From assembly GCA_963828695.1 (NCBI GenBank), contig CAWHFS010000001.1, forward strand, positions 967,824-1,031,823: a stretch of DNA of 64,000 nucleotides, read 5' to 3'. Each line of letters opens with the position of its first letter. Position 1 is the stretch's first letter. This stretch comes from an uncultured Alphaproteobacteria bacterium. GTDB taxonomy: Bacteria > Pseudomonadota > Alphaproteobacteria > Rhizobiales > Xanthobacteraceae. The position numbers and the translations under genes were made by a program. Below the pieces are notes generated by a model that worked only from the letters and a program-made list of their open reading frames with translations, was not told where the DNA came from and made no database searches. This document shows positions 59,058 to 64,000 of this stretch, one piece after another.

Positions 59058-60022
59058 GCGCTGTCGAAGCCGTAATCGACCGCGCTTTTCACCGACTGGT
59101 GGAAGCGCAGCTTGCGGTAATATTCCAGCGGGTCCTTCGGCTTGACCAGGGCCCCGTCCGGCACCGCCAGCCAATCCACCAGGCGCGTCAGCAGAAAGCG
59201 GATCGCTGCACCCCGTGCAAGCACAGGCAGGGCCGCGCGTTCGGATGCCGACAGTGCGCGCACTTTGGCATATGCCTTGAGCAGCGCGCGGCCTTTTGTG
59301 ACGTTGTAGGAATGGTCCGGCTCGAAGCACCAGGCATTGAGGCAGATCGCGATATCAAATGCGAGCGTGTCGGTGCAGGCGAAATAGAAATCGATCAATC
59401 CGGACAGCTTGTCGCCGAGGAAGAAGACGTTGTCCGGAAACAGGTCGGCGTGGATAACGCCCTGCGGCAAGTCGCGCGGCCAGGATTTCTCGAGCGCGTC
59501 GAGCTCCGTCACGATCTCGCCACACAACCCGGGGCGAACGCTGTCGCCGCGGTCCCTGGCGTGCTCATAGAGCGGACGCCAGCTTGCGATCGACAGCGCA
59601 TTCGCGCGCTTTTTCGGAAACTCGCCGCCGGCAAGGTGCAGCCGCGCAAGCGCTTCGCCCACGGCCGCACAGTGGCCGGCAGACGGGCGGCGGATCCATA
59701 AGCCGTCGAGAAAGGTGACGATCGCCGCTGGCCGGCCCGCCAGTCTGCCAAGCACGCCGCCCTGCTTGTTCTTCACCGGCTGCGGGCATGTGATGCCGCG
59801 GGTCGCCAGATGTTCCATCAAGCCCAGGAAGAAGGGCAGATCTTTCTCCGCCACGCGTTTCTCGTACAGCGTGAGGATGAAATTGCCGGAGGCGGTGTGC
59901 ACGAGGAAATTCGAATTTTCCACGCCCTCGGCGATGCCCTTGTAGGCAAGCAATTCGCCGATGTCATAGAGCCTGAGAAATTGGGTAAGGTCGTCCGCGG
60001 AGACGTCGGTATAGACGGCCAT
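59054..60022 (-). CDS. thrB: Homoserine kinase type II
   Basis: [24 protein letters not shown] and IDFYFAC. Confidence 0.95.
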   Translation of the reverse strand: MAVYTDVSADDLTQFLRLYDIGELLAYKGIAEGVENSNFLVHTASGNFILTLYEKRVAEKDLPFFLGLMEHLATRGITCPQPVKNKQGGVLGRLAGRPAAIVTFLDGLWIRRPSAGHCAAVGEALARLHLAGGEFPKKRANALSIASWRPLYEHARDRGDSVRPGLCGEIVTELDALEKSWPRDLPQGVIHADLFPDNVFFLGDKLSGLIDFYFACTDTLAFDIAICLNAWCFEPDHSYNVTKGRALLKAYAKVRALSASERAALPVLARGAAIRFLLTRLVDWLAVPDGALVKPKDPLEYYRKLRFHQSVKSAVDYGFDSA

Positions 60023-60029
60023 GAAAGCG

Positions 60030-61004
60030 TCACTCCGCCGCCTGATGCTCCCGCAACGAGCGGGGCAGCGGAAAGGACACTCCCTCTTCTGCAGCGGAAA
60101 TCACCTCGACGCTTACCGCAAAGCGCTGTGAAATGGCATCGATGATTTCCTCGACCAGCACGCCGGGCGCGGAGGCACCGGCGGTAATGCCAAGACGAGC
60201 GATGTGCTTGAATTCATCCCAGTCGATATCGGCAGCACGCTGCACGAGCGTTGCGCACGGACAGCCCGAGCGCTCGGCCACTTCCTTCAGCCGTTGCGAA
60301 TTGGATGAATTCGGCGCGCCGACCACGATCATGGCGTCGACATTCGGCGCGACGCGCCTGACCGCTTCCTGGCGGTTGGTGGTGGCGTAGCAGATGTCGT
60401 CCTTGTGCGGACCGACGATTGCCGGAAAACGGCGCTTGAGCAGGTCGACGATTTCGGCGGTGTCGTTCACCGACAGCGTGGTCTGAGTCACATAGGCCAG
60501 CTTGTTGGGATTGCGCGGGGTAAACTTTTCCGCGTCGGCCAGAGTTTCGATCAGTATCACGCTGCCGGCGGGGAGCTGACCGATTGTGCCGATCACCTCC
60601 GGATGGCCTGCATGCCCGATCAGCACGATCTCGCGTTCGCGTCGATTGTGGATTTCGGCCTCACGGTGCACCTTGGTCACCAGCGGGCAGGTAGCGTCGA
60701 ATGCGAACAGATTGCGCCGCGCGGCTTCTGCCGGAACCGAGCGCGGCACGCCATGGGCCGAGAAGATTACTGGTGCATTGGTATCGGGAATCTCGTCGAG
60801 TTCCTCCACGAAGATCGCGCCCTTGGCACGCAAACTCTCGACCACGTAGCGGTTGTGCACGATCTCGTGGCGGACATAGACCGGGGCTCCATAGATCTCC
60901 AATAGCCGCTCTACCAATTCGATGGCCCGTACCACCCCGGCGCAAAATCCATGCGGGGCGCACAGCAGCACCTTGAGTGCGGGCTTTTCCGGGGTCGATT
61001 CCAT
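60030..61004 (-). CDS. ispH: 4-hydroxy-3-methylbut-2-enyl diphosphate reductase
   Basis: [48 protein letters not shown] and TAGASAP. Confidence 0.97.
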   Translation of the reverse strand: MESTPEKPALKVLLCAPHGFCAGVVRAIELVERLLEIYGAPVYVRHEIVHNRYVVESLRAKGAIFVEELDEIPDTNAPVIFSAHGVPRSVPAEAARRNLFAFDATCPLVTKVHREAEIHNRREREIVLIGHAGHPEVIGTIGQLPAGSVILIETLADAEKFTPRNPNKLAYVTQTTLSVNDTAEIVDLLKRRFPAIVGPHKDDICYATTNRQEAVRRVAPNVDAMIVVGAPNSSNSQRLKEVAERSGCPCATLVQRAADIDWDEFKHIARLGITAGASAPGVLVEEIIDAISQRFAVSVEVISAAEEGVSFPLPRSLREHQAAE

Positions 61005-61187
61005 GATGTCCTCGAAAGCGCGCGAATATTGACGCGCTCAGGCCTCGACATGGGCGCGCCGGAACGCCCTGTCAAGCTGGAAAGGTTGCGTAACCCCGAC
61101 GCAGCCCCTATATTCCGGCCACTTTCCGATCATCACCGATGATCTTGCTTCGCCCAAGGGGCGGGCGAAGCGTAGAGGAGATTTGCT

Positions 61188-61916
61188 ATGGCGAGTGCAG
61201 CACCGCTGATGCCGAAAGCAACGGCCGTGTGGCTGTTGGATAACACCGCGCTGACCTTTGATCAGGTGGCGGATTTCTGCAAGCTGCACCCGCTCGAAGT
61301 CAAGGCGATCGCCGACGGCGACGCGGCCCAAGGTATCAAAGGCCTCGATCCGATCCTGACCGGGCAGTTGACGCGCGAGCAGATCACCGAGGCCGAAGCC
61401 AATCCCGGCATCCGTCTCAAGCTCGCCGACCAGAAGGTCGCGGTGCCGAGCCCCGAGCGCGGCAAGAAGGGACCTCGCTACACGCCGGTTTCCCGCCGCC
61501 AGGACCGGCCCAACGCCATTCTGTGGCTGGTGCGCAATCATCCCGAACTTAAGGATAGCCAGATCATGCGGCTGGTCGGCACGACCAAGTCGACCATCGC
61601 TGCGATCCGCGACCGCACCCACTGGAACGCCCAGGCGCTCGCGCCGATGGACCCGGTGACGCTCGGCCTGTGTTCGCAGATTGATCTCGATTTCGAAGTC
61701 AACCGCGCCAACAAGGAAAAGCCGGCGCCGGCCGACACCGGTGCGACGCTGCTGCCCGCATCCGAAACCACCGCACGCAAAGAGGCCGAGGTCGCGGCGG
61801 CGCAGGCCGCGGAAGCCGAGAAGAAGCCGGGCGGCAGCGACCTCGACGTCAGCGCCGTGTTCGCCAAGCTCAAACAGCTCGGCGGCAAGGGGGACGGTGA
61901 GAAAGAAGGCGAGTAG
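61188..61916 (+). CDS. trcR: DUF1013 protein (TrcR-like cell-cycle transcriptional regulator)
   Basis: PLMPKATAVWLLDNTALTFDQVADFC.LH.LEV..IADG, RYTPVSRRQDRP and DPVTLGLCSQ.DLD. Confidence 0.85.
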   Translation: MASAAPLMPKATAVWLLDNTALTFDQVADFCKLHPLEVKAIADGDAAQGIKGLDPILTGQLTREQITEAEANPGIRLKLADQKVAVPSPERGKKGPRYTPVSRRQDRPNAILWLVRNHPELKDSQIMRLVGTTKSTIAAIRDRTHWNAQALAPMDPVTLGLCSQIDLDFEVNRANKEKPAPADTGATLLPASETTARKEAEVAAAQAAEAEKKPGGSDLDVSAVFAKLKQLGGKGDGEKEGE

Positions 61917-61999
61917 CCGCGCGCAGGCGTAATTTCGGCACGTGCTACGTTCGTATTATGTCATGCCTGATGCAAGCGGGCATCAGGACCAAAGCACGC

Positions 62000-62821
62000 T
62001 CATTTGGAGCCACGCGTTCCGCTGATCGCCGCGACATAACGCGCGATGGACTTCTCCAGCACCGACATTGCGTCCCGGGCGATCACGCGATCAAAGTAAT
62101 GACCATAGATGACGTCGAACGAGAATGGCTTGAGCGCCGAGCCGATGTGCTCGACCTCGCGTGCCGACAGCGGAATGAAGTTCGGATAGCTTCGCATGAA
62201 AGACAGCCACTTTCGGTCTGTGGCAACCGTGAGAATGTCGCCCGAACAGACGACGCCGCTGCCGCCTGCGCCGCCCGCCCAATGTAACACCGAGCCGCCT
62301 TCGAAATGACCGCCGCAGCGCACCAACGTGACGCCGTCCCAAAGCTTGAGCGTATCGCCATTCCAGAATTTGATCGCGGGATCCGGCCGCATCACCCAGG
62401 CCTGATCCGCCGCATTGAGGTGGATTGGCGCATCAAAGGCGTGCGCCCATTCCACCATCGTGGTGTAGAAGTGCGGATGTGAGATTGCGATCGCCTGGAT
62501 GCCGCCCAGACCCTTGATCATGGTGACGGTGGCGTCATCCAGCAGAGAGATGCAATCCCATAACACGTTACCACCGGGCGTTTGCAACAGAATCGCGCGC
62601 TGGCCGATAGCAAACTGCGGCTGCGTGCCAATTCCGACTATGCCTTTTTCATATTCGCGATAGGCATTGAAATTGCCTTGCGCGAGTGCGGCCAGCGTCG
62701 TCCAGGTCTGGCCGCGCGGCGGCACATATTGGCGCTCCTCTTCGCAAATCGTGCATTGTGCGGGCGATTTTTCGCTTTCCGGATATTGCGTGCCGCATGC
62801 GGTACAAATGAAAGCCGGCAT
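62000..62821 (-). CDS. Metallo-beta-lactamase fold hydrolase with an N-terminal CxxC...CxxC
   Basis: ICTACG...CTICEEERQY, ISHPHFY and CGGHFEG. Confidence 0.85.
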   Translation of the reverse strand: MPAFICTACGTQYPESEKSPAQCTICEEERQYVPPRGQTWTTLAALAQGNFNAYREYEKGIVGIGTQPQFAIGQRAILLQTPGGNVLWDCISLLDDATVTMIKGLGGIQAIAISHPHFYTTMVEWAHAFDAPIHLNAADQAWVMRPDPAIKFWNGDTLKLWDGVTLVRCGGHFEGGSVLHWAGGAGGSGVVCSGDILTVATDRKWLSFMRSYPNFIPLSAREVEHIGSALKPFSFDVIYGHYFDRVIARDAMSVLEKSIARYVAAISGTRGSK

Positions 62822-63077
62822 GAAGGTCCCAAGCGCTATGAAATCGCATTGTCCTCAATCGAACGGCGTTTTGCAAAGCGCGCGCCGGTTGTCGAAACAC
62901 CAAGGCGCTGCCTTGCGGGCTCATGGTGAGGGGTGCCGCGTAGAAACGCGTTTCGATCGATAAGGCCGGCCGCCGCACTACGCGCGGCTGCTCACGATGG
63001 CGTCAGAGATCGTTGATTCAATTGGCCAAACGACCGCCCCGCATGAACCGGCGACAGGACAATATACGGCAGTCCGT

Positions 63078-63308
63078 TCAAGCGCCAAGCGCAGACTGGT
63101 CACCGAGGTCGACGGCGGTGCCCGCCATGCGCGCGGCATGTTTGCGCGGCGCACGCCTGGACGTGATCGACTTGCGCGCTTCGATCTCTGCCATGCGCAG
63201 GATGTAGACGAGAGAATCCAATCCGATCTCGGCGGCCGTGTTGGCCAGCTGGGCAGTCGCATCCGCAAGCTGGTCGATGACCTCATCGCGGGATTGATGT
63301 GTACGCAT
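63078..63308 (-). CDS. Small hypothetical helical protein
   Basis: MRTHQSRDEVIDQLADATAQLANTAAEIGLDSLVYILRMAEIEARK, preceded by GGGGG. The motif resembles rhizobial small hypotheticals from memory. Confidence 0.55.
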   Translation of the reverse strand: MRTHQSRDEVIDQLADATAQLANTAAEIGLDSLVYILRMAEIEARKSITSRRAPRKHAARMAGTAVDLGDQSALGA

Positions 63309-63503
63309 ACAAACCCCCATTGCGTGAGACGAAATAGGAGATCGAAACCCGCTTGAATACAATCCATGCATGCAAACGATACCGCCTCAAAGTGGGGTGA
63401 TTTGATCAGACTTTTGCCGTGTTGCCATTGGCACGAGGCTGGTCCGATTGCGATCTGTACAATTTCGGGAATCCGGAACTCGCTCGTTGCCGCGTTGAGT
63501 AAC

Positions 63504-63998
63504 CTAGGCACGTTTCGGACTCATGAGGATGGGTCCGTACGCCAGCACGAAGGTGCCGTATGCGACGACCCAGGCCACCGCAGACAGCTCCAATGCTTCA
63601 AAATATACCTTGTCCAAAATGGGCGCCAAGATTCGTGCCGCCGCCGCGATGTTGATTGCCAAATATATCAGCGTGGTCGCAGGTGTCGAAACGATTGCCC
63701 GCCCCGTGTGGCCACGGGTTGCCCGGGTCATCACTGCGAGCGTCATCACACCAACTGCGCCGGTCGTCCAGGCATGCAAAGCCCCGCTGGGCGGAATCAC
63801 GTCAGGCCAAAGGATCGATGCACCGAGAACCAAGGCCCCGAGCGGCACAAAGGCATAACCAAGATGAAGAATGAGCACGATGGGTTCTTGCCAGGTCCGC
63901 ACGCCGGCCCAGCGCGCCAACCGCATCGCCTGCACAATACCAGCCGCAATGAGCATAAACGCCGTCGGCCGCCAATTCGGCGAGACGATCCAACACAG
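63504..63998 (-). CDS. nnrS: NnrS family protein (C-terminal part; runs off the window edge)
   Basis: RLARW.G..T..EPIVLILHLGY, ALHAWTTGAVG.MTLAVMTRATRGHTGR. Confidence 0.9.
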   Translation of the reverse strand: MCWIVSPNWRPTAFMLIAAGIVQAMRLARWAGVRTWQEPIVLILHLGYAFVPLGALVLGASILWPDVIPPSGALHAWTTGAVGVMTLAVMTRATRGHTGRAIVSTPATTLIYLAINIAAAARILAPILDKVYFEALELSAVAWVVAYGTFVLAYGPILMSPKRA

Positions 63999-64000
63999 CA

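Noticed and set aside
63397-63410. Possible FNR box (TGATTTGATCAG) near the nnrS 3' end
   Set aside because: Spacing is 3 rather than 4 nt and the first half-site is incomplete.

Overview
GC-rich alphaproteobacterial chromosome segment. Gene order and content point to Hyphomicrobiales, Xanthobacteraceae/Nitrobacteraceae-like (inference). Most of the window is conserved core genome: ftsH-tilS-cpoB and tol-pal, ruvCAB-ybgC, yebC, ymdB-ygfA-6S RNA-zapA, tkt-gap-pgk-fba, thiE, suhB, rpmE, rcdA, an RgsP-like c-di-GMP protein, rnhA-thrB-ispH and trcR. The first ~10 kb is more accessory and has three FNR/FixK boxes, upstream of a USP-GNAT pair, an APH/AAA kinase with a divergent hypothetical, and a membrane protein. 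No transposase, integrase, prophage, tRNA/rRNA or CRISPR array was recognised. The most notable observations are: (1) a +1 frameshift in an RND pump inserted between pal and cpoB; (2) a structured sRNA candidate with CUCC loops and a CtrA-like box upstream of rcdA; (3) a stand-alone protein with an Ada-like Cys motif; (4) a flavin hydroxylase plus His-rich beta-propeller pair splitting yebC from ruvC; (5) a methyltransferase/pyruvyltransferase-like fusion; (6) an orphan MotA/MotB-like pair; (7) a secreted ARPP-1-like protein; (8) three copies of a ~45-bp palindromic intergenic repeat and one REPIN. No single complete novel system can be proven from sequence alone. Family assignments come from motif recognition, not database searches, and many start codons were adjusted by eye from the ORF track.
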